Positions 20,403 through 29,578 of a stretch of 64,000 nucleotides of DNA are shown in pieces. Source of the DNA: Chloroflexota bacterium (lineage in GTDB: Bacteria > Chloroflexota > Dehalococcoidia > UBA2979); assembly GCA_003228125.1 (NCBI GenBank), contig QGNP01000001.1:1261-65260 (forward strand), read 5' to 3'. The notes beneath the pieces were generated by a model, which saw only the letters and a program-made list of their open reading frames with translations, did not search any database and had not been told where the DNA came from. Position 1 is the first letter of the stretch; each line of letters opens with the position of its first letter. A program made the position numbers and the translations under genes.

Positions 20403-20477
20403 TGGTGAGCCCGGTGAGATTCGAACTCACGACCGAATGCTTAAAAGGCATCTACTCTACCGCTGAGTTACGGGCCC
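20403..20477 (-). tRNA. tRNA-Lys(UUU)
   Basis: GGGCCCGTAACTCAGCGGTAGAGTAGATGC-CTTTTAA-GCATTCGGTCGTGAGTTCGAATCTCACCGGGCTCACCA; CCA encoded. Confidence 0.97.
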
Positions 20478-20839
20478 AGATCTATGTTCCTGAAAAACAC
20501 CAATAGTGTCAATAGATATCTTTCTAATCTGTTAGCTTTACTTATTTTCTACCTTTATGTTTAATAACCAAAACTAAAAGAACTACCTATACAATTCTTT
20601 TTTCTGTTACATGGCGCAAAATATTGCAATTGATTATTTTTTTCTTGAGGTAATTTATTAGAAAAACCATCGCTAGTCATATTATTATCGAATATTTATA
20701 TTAAATGTTTTATATGGAAACAGTACGTGAGTAGTGCGTTAAGTATCTAGCATTCTGTTAGGAAATAATTAAAGTATGTAGGCTGGTTTACCTGTTTATT
20801 TTGATTATAAAATACTACAAAATACATAATGAACAACAC

Positions 20840-20876
20840 AAAAAGAAATGTCCTCAGAGTAGAAATCTGAGGACAT
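20840..20876 (-). terminator. Intrinsic terminator-like hairpin (11-bp perfect stem)
   Basis: ATGTCCTCAGA-7 nt-TCTGAGGACAT followed by TTCTTTTT on the minus strand. Confidence 0.7.
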
Positions 20877-21014
20877 CATTAACAATTTAAATAGTGTTAA
20901 AAGTATACCAGGTGTAAATGAAGAAATGGAAATAGAATCTGATTACTCAGAGACTATTTCCACCGGTTTGGCACCGAATTCAAGTATACCAGAAGGTTCT
21001 TAAAAATATGACAT

Positions 21015-21042
21015 AAAAAAACGCACTTCGTGGAAAAGTGCG
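21015..21042 (-). terminator. Intrinsic terminator downstream of the YdjM-like gene
   Basis: CGCACTT-7 nt-AAGTGCG followed by T7 on the minus strand. Confidence 0.7.
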
Positions 21043-21111
21043 ATTATATATTATAGCACTTTTTTAATAGAACGTTCAATGCTTTTACATGATAAAATTT
21101 GTATTAATTTA

Positions 21112-21684
21112 CTAAGTTCTGAATAGATAGCTAAAGATTTTATAAGTCATTTTTTTGAATTTGATAATTACAAATTTTATTATTACCAGCACAGTGACAG
21201 GGATAAGTATCCATATAAGTTCATTAAGTATTACCTGAAGTCCACGTTCTCCAAAGAATGCACCAAGATTTAATGGCGAAACCTCTATTGGAGTAAATGG
21301 AAAAAAATATCTACTATTATCAAATGGTGCAAAAAATGCCACGCCTTCACCTCCATTAGTAAGTCCATCTAGAATACCGTGGGACATTGTTATTAATGAG
21401 AAATAAATAATTAGAAATAAAGAGTTTTTTCTAGACATATTTTCCTTTCGGAAAAAAATAACCCAGACAATGATTCCTAATAATAAAGCAAAAAATATTG
21501 AATGAGTAATCCCACGATGTCCAAATAAATCTAAATAATTAACACCAAAATACCAACCTATGACATCTGCATCGGGTATTGCTGGGCAAATTAAAGATAA
21601 GATCCAAAATCTTTTCTTATTACTCTGTTGGAATATTTTTCCTGCGGCAAGTCCTACCATTGAGTGACTAAATATGGTTGGCAT
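21112..21684 (-). CDS. YdjM/YbcI-family membrane metal-dependent hydrolase
   Basis: MPTIFSH, IPDAD, GHRGITHS, SHGILDGLTNGG.GVAFFAPF...RYFFP. Confidence 0.9.
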   Translation of the reverse strand: MPTIFSHSMVGLAAGKIFQQSNKKRFWILSLICPAIPDADVIGWYFGVNYLDLFGHRGITHSIFFALLLGIIVWVIFFRKENMSRKNSLFLIIYFSLITMSHGILDGLTNGGEGVAFFAPFDNSRYFFPFTPIEVSPLNLGAFFGERGLQVILNELIWILIPVTVLVIIKFVIIKFKKMTYKIFSYLFRT

Positions 21685-21863
21685 TATAAAAATTGCATTT
21701 CATTTGTATTTATTAAATTTTATATCATATGTATATTATCTAATACATGTATTTTAATAATATAATTCGAAAATAAAACTTTTATAAATTCCACGTGGCA
21801 AGACATATAATGTCATTTGAAAACAAGATGGTGAAAATGATATAATTTTTTTAAGGATTAAAT

Positions 21864-22322
21864 ATGACGTTAATAACTTGTCCAGATTGCAAAACAAAAA
21901 TTTCTGATTCTGCAATTAGTTGTATTGAATGTTATCGTCCTATGGAATCAGAAAGTGTATCAGTCAATGCTCAAATGCATGCTCTTCCGCCATCCTTAGG
22001 TTTTAATGATGCAAGTGCAACTTGCTTGCGTAAATATTTTGACTTTACTGGAAGAGCAGGAAGATCAGAGTATTGGTATTTTTATCTCTTTATTGCTTTA
22101 TTGAGTAATGTGGTGGCATTTATAGGTTTTTGGCCATTAAATATAATCACACTTTTGGTGTGTTTTATTCCTATACTTTCAGCAGGAACAAGAAGATTAC
22201 ATGATACGAATAAATCTGGTTGGCGGCAGTTATGGATCTTAACGGGAATTGGATTTTTCTTTGTACTGTATTGGTTAATTATAAAAGGCGATACTGTTAA
22301 AAATTCATATGATTTAAATTAG
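21864..22322 (+). CDS. DUF805 membrane protein with an N-terminal zinc ribbon
   Basis: CPDC...CIEC, then KYFDFTGRAGRSEYW, RRLHDTNKSGW; extended -10 TGaTATAAT at 21838-21846. Confidence 0.9.
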   Translation: MTLITCPDCKTKISDSAISCIECYRPMESESVSVNAQMHALPPSLGFNDASATCLRKYFDFTGRAGRSEYWYFYLFIALLSNVVAFIGFWPLNIITLLVCFIPILSAGTRRLHDTNKSGWRQLWILTGIGFFFVLYWLIIKGDTVKNSYDLN

Positions 22323-22416
22323 CGGTGCAATTTATATGCTTTACTATTTTCTCTAGAGGAAGTTGCTCCAAATAATCTTGGTCATAAGGTCGCAAAAAAT
22401 ATTTGTTTATCCATAT

Positions 22417-22980
22417 TTAGGTTACTTTTAAAGGAACATTATCTTTACATAGCGGACATTCATTTTCTTCATAGTTTTCTAAAGTAATTTTTACTAATGA
22501 TATCGAGGGGACATTAAAGTGTATTGGTTGCATTGATCTATCTGCAATTATTGCTATGCCGATTACAGTTCCATTAGCATTTTTTACTGCATCCATTGTT
22601 TCAAAAATGGACTGGCCACTTGTCAGGATATCATCTACAACAAGTACTTTTTCACCTGGTTTTATTAAATAGTCTCTACCAATAGTTCTGCCCTTTTCTG
22701 CTTTTTCAGCAATGATGCTTCTGACACGATAGTTTCGTGCTACTTCATATGCAATGATCGCACCACCAGTAGTTGGTCCAACAATTAAATCTGGTTGTAA
22801 GTCCTTTGTTAGCTCGTAAATGTCTTTACAAATTATTTCTGTAAGATCCGGCCATTGTAATAAATTAAATTTTTCTAAGTATGTATTAGAATGAACGCCT
22901 GAATTGAGTTTGAAATGCCCACTTTGAATGACTTTTGCATCAATTAATAATGCTCTAATTTCTTCTTGATTTTTTACCAT
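22417..22980 (-). CDS. pyrE: Orotate phosphoribosyltransferase
   Basis: GHFKLNSGVHS.TY, PRPP loop VLVVDDILTSG, C-terminal CPLC. Confidence 0.93.
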   Translation of the reverse strand: MVKNQEEIRALLIDAKVIQSGHFKLNSGVHSNTYLEKFNLLQWPDLTEIICKDIYELTKDLQPDLIVGPTTGGAIIAYEVARNYRVRSIIAEKAEKGRTIGRDYLIKPGEKVLVVDDILTSGQSIFETMDAVKNANGTVIGIAIIADRSMQPIHFNVPSISLVKITLENYEENECPLCKDNVPLKVT

Positions 22981-22984
22981 TATT

Positions 22985-23830
22985 TTACTTTCCTAAATCG
23001 TATTGTACACTATGTTCTATTTTCCCCATTCTATCTTTAGGCCAATATATGAATTCTGTTTTTCCATAAACTTGGTAAGTTTTTATAAATCCCCAAAATC
23101 TAGAGTCAAATGAATTATATACATTGTCACCAAGTACAAAAATACTTCTTTCAGGCACAATCATTTTTTTAAATTCTGATGTTAGCTTAATATAATTATT
23201 ATTAGTATCTAATTTTTGGATGATCTTTCCATCGACTTTTACTATACCATTTTGATACTCAACTGTTTGGCCAGCTACTGCGACTACTCTTTTAACTAAA
23301 AATTTTTCAACATTTTTGGAACCATATTTAAAAACAACTGAATCACCAGCTTTAATGTTTTCCCGGATATACCATCTTTCAGATTCAAAAAATGGAATCC
23401 ATTTCATGGGAATAGATTTTTGAACTAATTTATTTACAAATATTAAATCATTGTTATAGAAAGTTGGCTCCATTGACATTCCAGAAACTTGATAATTTTG
23501 AAAAAATTGCCTACTAAACATAAATATAATTAATGCAACTAATACAACCTTACCTATCTCTTTATAAACAATCTTGATTGTATCAAAGAATGTTGAAATT
23601 CCCTCTTCGTTGATTTGGTCAAGCTCAATTGCATTTTCAAAATCTAAAATAATTTTTTGAATTTTTTTATTTAAAATATATTTTTTAATTGGCACTGAAT
23701 AATTATTGGAGTAAAAGTATATATTTCTAGAAGGAGGGAGGTTATGTATATTTAAATTAAAGAAATCAATCTTTTTTTTATTGATTTCTGGAAGAGATGT
23801 TGATACTTTACGAAAATTTAATTTATGCAT
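22985..23830 (-). CDS. lepB: Signal peptidase I
   Basis: TM helix, GMSMEPT (Ser), LVKRVVA (Lys), FVLGDN..NS.DSRFWG. Confidence 0.92.
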   Translation of the reverse strand: MHKLNFRKVSTSLPEINKKKIDFFNLNIHNLPPSRNIYFYSNNYSVPIKKYILNKKIQKIILDFENAIELDQINEEGISTFFDTIKIVYKEIGKVVLVALIIFMFSRQFFQNYQVSGMSMEPTFYNNDLIFVNKLVQKSIPMKWIPFFESERWYIRENIKAGDSVVFKYGSKNVEKFLVKRVVAVAGQTVEYQNGIVKVDGKIIQKLDTNNNYIKLTSEFKKMIVPERSIFVLGDNVYNSFDSRFWGFIKTYQVYGKTEFIYWPKDRMGKIEHSVQYDLGK

Positions 23831-23859
23831 TTAAATTTTATACTAATCGCTAAGTTGAT

Positions 23860-24687
23860 TTATTTATAGTCATTTCTATTTGAATTTAATTCATTACAGA
23901 TTTTAATTACAAATTTTTTAAGACTATTTATATTTGCTAAGTTTATCATTTTTTTAGACTGATTATTGTTATAAAATATCTTATGAAGCGCTGTACCAAA
24001 ATTAATTTTTTTTATTCCATGCTTATTTAGTAATAAAAAGTGCTCAGCATTTAATCCTGATCCTCCATGAACAACAAGTGGAATATTGACTTTATTATTA
24101 ATTTCCTTCAATATTACTTTATTTATTTTTCCTGCTATTCCATGCATTGAGCCAATTGAAATAGCTAATGAATTTACATTTGTTTTTTTAATGAAATAGG
24201 TCGCTTCTTCAGGGTCGGTGTATAAATTTTTTACTATTTCTCCTTTTTTGATAAGTTCTGATTGACCGCCAACAATACCAAGTTCTGCTTCAAATCCAAA
24301 CTTTGATAAAGTAAATTTATTTTTAACATTGATGGTTAATTTAATATTTTTTTCTAGTGTATATTCGGAATAATCTGCCATAAAAGATGAGTAGTTGTTC
24401 ATTAATGCTGATTTAAACATGATTAATTTTTTTGCGTGATCAAGATGTAATGCAACTGGGAGAGGATGCAAATTAACTAGTTCATTTAATTCTTTTATAT
24501 TGCCTCCATTTGCATTTATATTATTTATATTAATCGGATTTGTTTGTAAAAAAATAGGCGAATTGGCTTGCTTTGCTCCCTCTAAAACTACTTTTGCCAT
24601 TTGAATAGAAGATACATTAAATCCTGGAACTATATAGTTATGAGTTTGTGCTTCTCTTAGTAATGAAATTCCATTTACTTTTACCAC
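23860..24687 (-). CDS. Class II fructose/tagatose-bisphosphate aldolase family protein
   Basis: LHLDH, EAELG, YTDPEEA, IGSMHG, LVVHGGSG, KINFGT. Confidence 0.88.
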   Translation of the reverse strand: MVKVNGISLLREAQTHNYIVPGFNVSSIQMAKVVLEGAKQANSPIFLQTNPININNINANGGNIKELNELVNLHPLPVALHLDHAKKLIMFKSALMNNYSSFMADYSEYTLEKNIKLTINVKNKFTLSKFGFEAELGIVGGQSELIKKGEIVKNLYTDPEEATYFIKKTNVNSLAISIGSMHGIAGKINKVILKEINNKVNIPLVVHGGSGLNAEHFLLLNKHGIKKINFGTALHKIFYNNNQSKKMINLANINSLKKFVIKICNELNSNRNDYK

Positions 24688-24756
24688 TGCTTTTCCCCTT
24701 TGTTGATTGATTGAAAGATGTATAATTATTTAAACATATAAGGATGGTGAAATAGA

Positions 24757-25527
24757 TTGAATATTTTTAATTATCGGTCATTTATTTTAGTTATGGTCAT
24801 TGCAATTTTTTTTGGAAATATCTCTTTAATTATTGATAATAGAAATCAGAATGATAGTACAAGTAATCAACAAAAAATTCAATCACCTACTGATACTAGA
24901 ACAATTAAAGTGAACGGGTCGGGAATAGTAAACGTTGTTCCTGATATTGCATCTATCAATATTAATGTATTTTCACAGAAAAAAACTGCAAGTTCTGCTA
25001 GAGAGAGTGCTGCTCAATCAATGCAATCTTTGATGGGCGTGTTTAAAAAATTTGGCATTGAAGATAATGATCTGCAAACAAAAAATTACTCATTATACCC
25101 AGAGTATGTGTATGAGAAAAATGAAATAAGGCGGATTGAAGCCTTTAATGTCTCAAATAATCTTTATATAATTATTCGTGATTTAGATGACCTAGGTGCG
25201 GTTTTAGATGCTTCTATTGAATTGGAGAGTGATAATATTCGAATAGATAATATTGCTTTTAATATAGACAATGATAAATTGTATAAAATAAATGCTAGAA
25301 AGAAAGCCATTGATGATGCTTTAATGAAAGCAAAAGAAATCGCTAATGGCATTAATCAAGAAATTGGATTACCTATCAGTATCATAGAATTAGTTGATAT
25401 GCCATATAGTAGCCCTATTGGTATATCAAGAGTTATGATGGCAGAAAAATCTTCTACCCCTACTTCTATTTCGCCTGGACAAATTGTGATAGAAGTAAGA
25501 GTCGATGTAACTTATCAATTAAAATAA
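24757..25527 (+). CDS. SIMPL (DUF541) family exported protein
   Basis: N-terminal TM; TIKVNGSG.V...PD.A, AR..A..DA..KA..IA, ISPGQ. Confidence 0.88.
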   Translation: MNIFNYRSFILVMVIAIFFGNISLIIDNRNQNDSTSNQQKIQSPTDTRTIKVNGSGIVNVVPDIASININVFSQKKTASSARESAAQSMQSLMGVFKKFGIEDNDLQTKNYSLYPEYVYEKNEIRRIEAFNVSNNLYIIIRDLDDLGAVLDASIELESDNIRIDNIAFNIDNDKLYKINARKKAIDDALMKAKEIANGINQEIGLPISIIELVDMPYSSPIGISRVMMAEKSSTPTSISPGQIVIEVRVDVTYQLK

Positions 25528-25578
25528 TTATGCTAATATTGAGTATATTATAATTACAATATAAATAAGGAATGACCA

Positions 25579-26142
25579 TTGGTTTTAAGCGATCGTTCAA
25601 TTAAGGCAGCATTAGCATCTGGTAAAATAGTTGTTAGTCCACTAGGTGAAAATGCTATCCAACCAGCATCTTTAGATATTAGATTGGACAGAGAATTTCG
25701 TGTTTTTAGAAATCATAGAGATTCGTTTATTGATATCAGGACCCCAATGGAGACATTAACAGAATTAGAAACAATTAGTGACGATCAATCCTTTGTTCTG
25801 CATCCTACTGAGTTTGTATTAGGATCAACTATAGAGCTCGTTGAGCTTCCTAATGATATTGTCGCTCGAGTCGAGGGTAAATCTTCTTTAGGGCGCTTAG
25901 GCCTCTTGGTTCATGCAACTGCTGGATATGTGGATCCTGGATGGAAAGGAAAATTGACAATGGAACTATCAAATGTTTCAAATCTTCCTATTAAATTATA
26001 TTATAATATGAAAATTGGACAACTTTCATTTTTTGAATTATCCACTCCATCTGACAACCCTTATGGTTCTAGTAATATCAAATCTAAATACCAAAATCAG
26101 GAAGGACCTACTGCTAGTAAGGGCTATTCTGACTATGAGTAG
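25579..26142 (+). CDS. dcd: dCTP deaminase
   Basis: LSDRSI, IQPASLDIRL, EGKSSLGRLGL.VH.TAG.VDPGW.G..TMEL, KYQNQ. Confidence 0.96.
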   Translation: MVLSDRSIKAALASGKIVVSPLGENAIQPASLDIRLDREFRVFRNHRDSFIDIRTPMETLTELETISDDQSFVLHPTEFVLGSTIELVELPNDIVARVEGKSSLGRLGLLVHATAGYVDPGWKGKLTMELSNVSNLPIKLYYNMKIGQLSFFELSTPSDNPYGSSNIKSKYQNQEGPTASKGYSDYE

Positions 26143-26159
26143 TTTGCAATCTTAATTTT

Positions 26160-27263
26160 ATGAGTAATCAAAAAGTTTCACAATTCATGCTTGAAGCAAT
26201 TACGCTTACAAAAAAACCTAAAATTAATGTATCCCCTAACCCTTTTGTTGGAGCAGTGATTGTTAGAAATAATAAAATTATTGGTAAAGGCAGTACTCGT
26301 TTATACGGGGGAAATCATGCAGAAATTATTGCTATAAATAGCGTAAAAGATAAAAAAAAATTAGATGATGCAACATTATATTCAACTCTTGAGCCATGTG
26401 TACATTTTGGTAAAACACCTCCTTGCGTCGATGCTATTATCAAATCAGGCATTCTTCGAGTTGTGATTGCCATCATTGATCCAGATAAAAAAGTAAACGG
26501 TAAAGGTGTAAAAAAATTACGATCTAATTTAATAGATGTAAAAATTGGTGATGGAGCTAGTATCGTTAGAGATGAGTTAAAAGAATATATTTTTAATAGA
26601 AAAAATAGCAGGCCATATTTTAGTGTTAAATTAGCTACATCTATTGATGGTAAAATTGCTACGAAAAATGGAGATTCAAAATGGCTTTCAAATAAAAAAA
26701 GTAGATCAGAAGTTCATCAATTTCGAAAAAATGTTGATGCAATATTGATTGGTTCAAAAACGGTTATGCAAGATAACCCTTTTTTAACTGCTAGAAATAA
26801 TGATAAATTGTATAAGAGGCAGCCAGTAAGAATAGTGATTGACTCCAAAGGTGCAGTACCTTTACATTCAAATATTTTTAATCATCAATCTAAAACACTT
26901 GTTATAACCACAAAATTTTCTTCTGCAAATTGGAAGAAAAAAATAATAGAAATGAATCATGATTATATAGAGATTGAAGCAATTGATAAGCAAATTAATT
27001 TAATAAAATTTGTTGAAAAAATGCATGACTTAGGGTTTATCCATATCTTAGTTGAAGGTGGAGGGAAGTTAGTTGGTGCCTTATTAAGATATCAATTGAT
27101 TAATAAAGTGTATTTTTTTATAACGCCTCAAATTATTGGCAGTGGTGGTTCAGTAAATGCAGTTGATGGTTTGAGTATAAATTCAATGGCAGATACATTA
27201 AAGTTAAGAAACACTTCTTATAAATTATTGAAAAATGATATTCTTGTATCAGGTGAAATTTAG
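26160..27263 (+). CDS. ribD: Bifunctional riboflavin deaminase/reductase
   Basis: PNP.VGAV, HAE, TLEPCVHFGKTPPC, SIDGKIA, VEGG. Confidence 0.96.
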   Translation: MSNQKVSQFMLEAITLTKKPKINVSPNPFVGAVIVRNNKIIGKGSTRLYGGNHAEIIAINSVKDKKKLDDATLYSTLEPCVHFGKTPPCVDAIIKSGILRVVIAIIDPDKKVNGKGVKKLRSNLIDVKIGDGASIVRDELKEYIFNRKNSRPYFSVKLATSIDGKIATKNGDSKWLSNKKSRSEVHQFRKNVDAILIGSKTVMQDNPFLTARNNDKLYKRQPVRIVIDSKGAVPLHSNIFNHQSKTLVITTKFSSANWKKKIIEMNHDYIEIEAIDKQINLIKFVEKMHDLGFIHILVEGGGKLVGALLRYQLINKVYFFITPQIIGSGGSVNAVDGLSINSMADTLKLRNTSYKLLKNDILVSGEI

Positions 27264-27288
27264 TATAGTTATTTTTTGGGAGAGCATA

Positions 27289-27867
27289 ATGTTTACTGGC
27301 ATTATTGAAGAAATTGGTATTGTTGAAAAAAATAAATCAGGACAATTGATAATTCAATGTTCAAAAATATTGAGCGATGCCCAATTAGGTGACTCTATTG
27401 CTATAAATGGAGTTGATTTGACCATTTCTAAAATATTTCCTAATTCTTTAGGATTTGATATAATGCCAGAAACTTTTCGAAAATCAAATCTTGTAAATTC
27501 AATTGAAAAATCTAAGGTAAATTTAGAACGATCTTTAACATTGCAGACAAAATTATCAGGTCATATTGTAAGAGGGGTCATTGAAACTACTTGCAATTTG
27601 TTTTCTATGGATAAAGAAGACAATGCAATTATTGCTACTTATCAAGTTAGCCCTCAATATTTAAATTATATTCTTAAAAAAGGTCCAGTTGCCATAGATG
27701 GAGTTTCTTTAACTGTTATTTCTAAGAACAAAGATTCTTTTTCAGTTTCTTTAGTTGAATGGACTCAAAAAAATACAAATCTTTTAGAAAGAAAAATAGG
27801 CGCATTAATTAATTTAGAAACTGATATTTTAGCTCGTTATGTTGAGCAACTAATTGATCGTGATTAA
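27289..27867 (+). CDS. ribE: Riboflavin synthase (alpha-chain type)
   Basis: Starts MFTGIIEE at ATG 27289; GDSIAING, VNLERSL, DGVSLT, INLETD; lies between ribD and ribBA. Confidence 0.92.
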   Translation: MFTGIIEEIGIVEKNKSGQLIIQCSKILSDAQLGDSIAINGVDLTISKIFPNSLGFDIMPETFRKSNLVNSIEKSKVNLERSLTLQTKLSGHIVRGVIETTCNLFSMDKEDNAIIATYQVSPQYLNYILKKGPVAIDGVSLTVISKNKDSFSVSLVEWTQKNTNLLERKIGALINLETDILARYVEQLIDRD

Positions 27868-27898
27868 TTATCTAGTATTATCTTAAAAAGGAGATAAA

Positions 27899-29146
27899 AT
27901 GATTCCAACAAAAGAACAAGACAAATATAAATATTTGCATATTGATGCCGAGCAGGCAATCTCTATGTTTAAAGAAGGTAGCCCATTAATAATTGTAGAT
28001 GATGAAGATAGGGAGAACGAAGGTGACGTAGCAATCCCTGCACAATTTTGTACTGCAAGTATGGTGAATTTTATGGCTAAAGAAGCAAGAGGTTTAATAT
28101 GTACACCATTAGATGCATCAATTGCTAACAAATTAAATTTAAGTTTAATGACTGGCTCAGAAGGTGACACAGTTGAAAGCACAGCTTTTACAGTTACTGT
28201 TGAAGCGGCTGTTGGAATTACTACCGGTATATCTGCTCAAGATAGAGCGACAACAATCAGCGTTTTGGCGAACAAAGATAGTATTGCAAGTGACTTAGTT
28301 AAGCCCGGACATGTATTTCCACTTAAAGCACGAGAAGGAGGAACTCTAGTAAGGGCTGGCCAAACAGAAGCATCAGTTGATCTTTGTAAGATGGCAGGAA
28401 TTTATCCTGTTGCAGTTATTTGTGAAATTATGAAAGACGATGGCGAAATGGCAAGAATGAATGATCTTGAGAAATTTGCTGAAAAACATAAGTTAAAAAT
28501 AGTAACCGTAGAAGAGTTAATTAGTTATAGAATGTCTCAAGAAAGACTAATTAAACGAGTTACTGAGACAGTTTTACCTACTAAATATGGAGAATTCAAA
28601 GTAATTGCATATCATACAACAATTGATTCCAAAGAACACATTGCATTAGTAATGGGTGATGTAGCAAATGAAGAATCTTGCCTAGTCAGAGTGCATGATC
28701 AGTGTGTAACCGGAGATGTGTTTGGTTCACAAAGGTGTGATTGCGGAGAACAATTAGATGCAGCTATGGACATAGTCTCTAAAAATGGAACAGGAATTAT
28801 TGTCTATATGGATCAAGAAGGCAGAGGCATAGGGTTGCACAATAAATTAAAAGCATATAGTTTGCAAGATCAAGGTTTAGACACGGTCGAAGCGAATGAA
28901 GCATTAGGTTTTGCAGCTGATAAAAGAGACTATGGAGTGGGATGTCAAATATTGGTTGATTTAGGAATTCAAAAAATGAGACTGATTACAAATAACCCAA
29001 AGAAAAGATCTGGCCTAGAGGGTTTTGGGTTAAGAGTTGTAGAAAGAGTACCTATTGAAATTAATCCTAATGAGCATAATTTAAAATATTTAAAAACTAA
29101 GAGAGATAAAATGGGTCATTTACTAAATTTAGATGATCAAAGATGA
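27899..29146 (+). CDS. ribBA: Bifunctional DHBP synthase / GTP cyclohydrolase II
   Basis: DDEDRENEGD, PGHVFPL, GQTEA, RVH..C.TGD...S.RCDC, QEGRGIGL, TNNP.K. Confidence 0.97.
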   Translation: MIPTKEQDKYKYLHIDAEQAISMFKEGSPLIIVDDEDRENEGDVAIPAQFCTASMVNFMAKEARGLICTPLDASIANKLNLSLMTGSEGDTVESTAFTVTVEAAVGITTGISAQDRATTISVLANKDSIASDLVKPGHVFPLKAREGGTLVRAGQTEASVDLCKMAGIYPVAVICEIMKDDGEMARMNDLEKFAEKHKLKIVTVEELISYRMSQERLIKRVTETVLPTKYGEFKVIAYHTTIDSKEHIALVMGDVANEESCLVRVHDQCVTGDVFGSQRCDCGEQLDAAMDIVSKNGTGIIVYMDQEGRGIGLHNKLKAYSLQDQGLDTVEANEALGFAADKRDYGVGCQILVDLGIQKMRLITNNPKKRSGLEGFGLRVVERVPIEINPNEHNLKYLKTKRDKMGHLLNLDDQR

Positions 29147-29577
29147 ATCAAGAAAAAATAAAAATTGCTATCGTCATGTCTAATTTTAATCAAGAAATTT
29201 CTTCAAATTTATTAGAAAATTTTTATGATCATGCAAGAAATATAAATTTTCCAGAAAAGAATATAACTCTATACAATGTTCCTGGAGCTTTTGAAATTCC
29301 ATATATGGTCAAACGAGTCGCTTTAACAGAGAAATTCAATGCGATTGTATGTCTTGGATCTTTAATTAAGGGCGAAACAATACATTTTGAAATTATTGCT
29401 AGTGAACTTGCTCATGGCATTAGTCAAATTAGTCAACAGCACTTATTGCCAGTAATTTTTGGTGTTTTGACAGTGAATAATTTAAAGCAAGCTAATGATA
29501 GAATTTTTAAAGCAGCTGAATTTTTAGATACAGCGTTATCAATGATCAATGTTAGTGAAGAATTTTTAAGGCCATAG
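29143..29577 (+). CDS. ribH: 6,7-dimethyl-8-ribityllumazine synthase
   Basis: VPGAFEIP, LGSLIKGETIHF, PVIFGVLT. Confidence 0.95.
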   Translation: MNQEKIKIAIVMSNFNQEISSNLLENFYDHARNINFPEKNITLYNVPGAFEIPYMVKRVALTEKFNAIVCLGSLIKGETIHFEIIASELAHGISQISQQHLLPVIFGVLTVNNLKQANDRIFKAAEFLDTALSMINVSEEFLRP

Positions 29578-29578
29578 C

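Larger units (their letters stand above)
20840..21065. ncRNA. Candidate structured non-coding RNA or promoter-hairpin array
   Basis: Five hairpins, an 11-bp direct repeat and three TGnTATA(A/C)T boxes in ~220 bp with no convincing ORF; no RNA family recognised. Confidence 0.4.

Noticed and set aside
20561-20680. 39-aa minus-strand ORF MTSDGFSNKL...
   Set aside because: Short, with no ribosome-binding site and no recognisable motif; expected by chance.
20863-21003. Open plus-strand frame KSEDIINNL...PEGS
   Set aside because: No start codon at its 5' end and it overlaps the hairpin cluster; it cannot be supported as a gene or pseudogene without a homology search.
20840-21065. CRISPR or mini-CRISPR array
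   Set aside because: Only two copies of an 11-bp repeat, no regular repeat-spacer period and no cas genes in the window.
27235-27288. N-terminal extension of riboflavin synthase in the ORF track
   Set aside because: The family begins at MFTG; ATG 27289 follows GGGAGAG, and the extension overlaps ribD.
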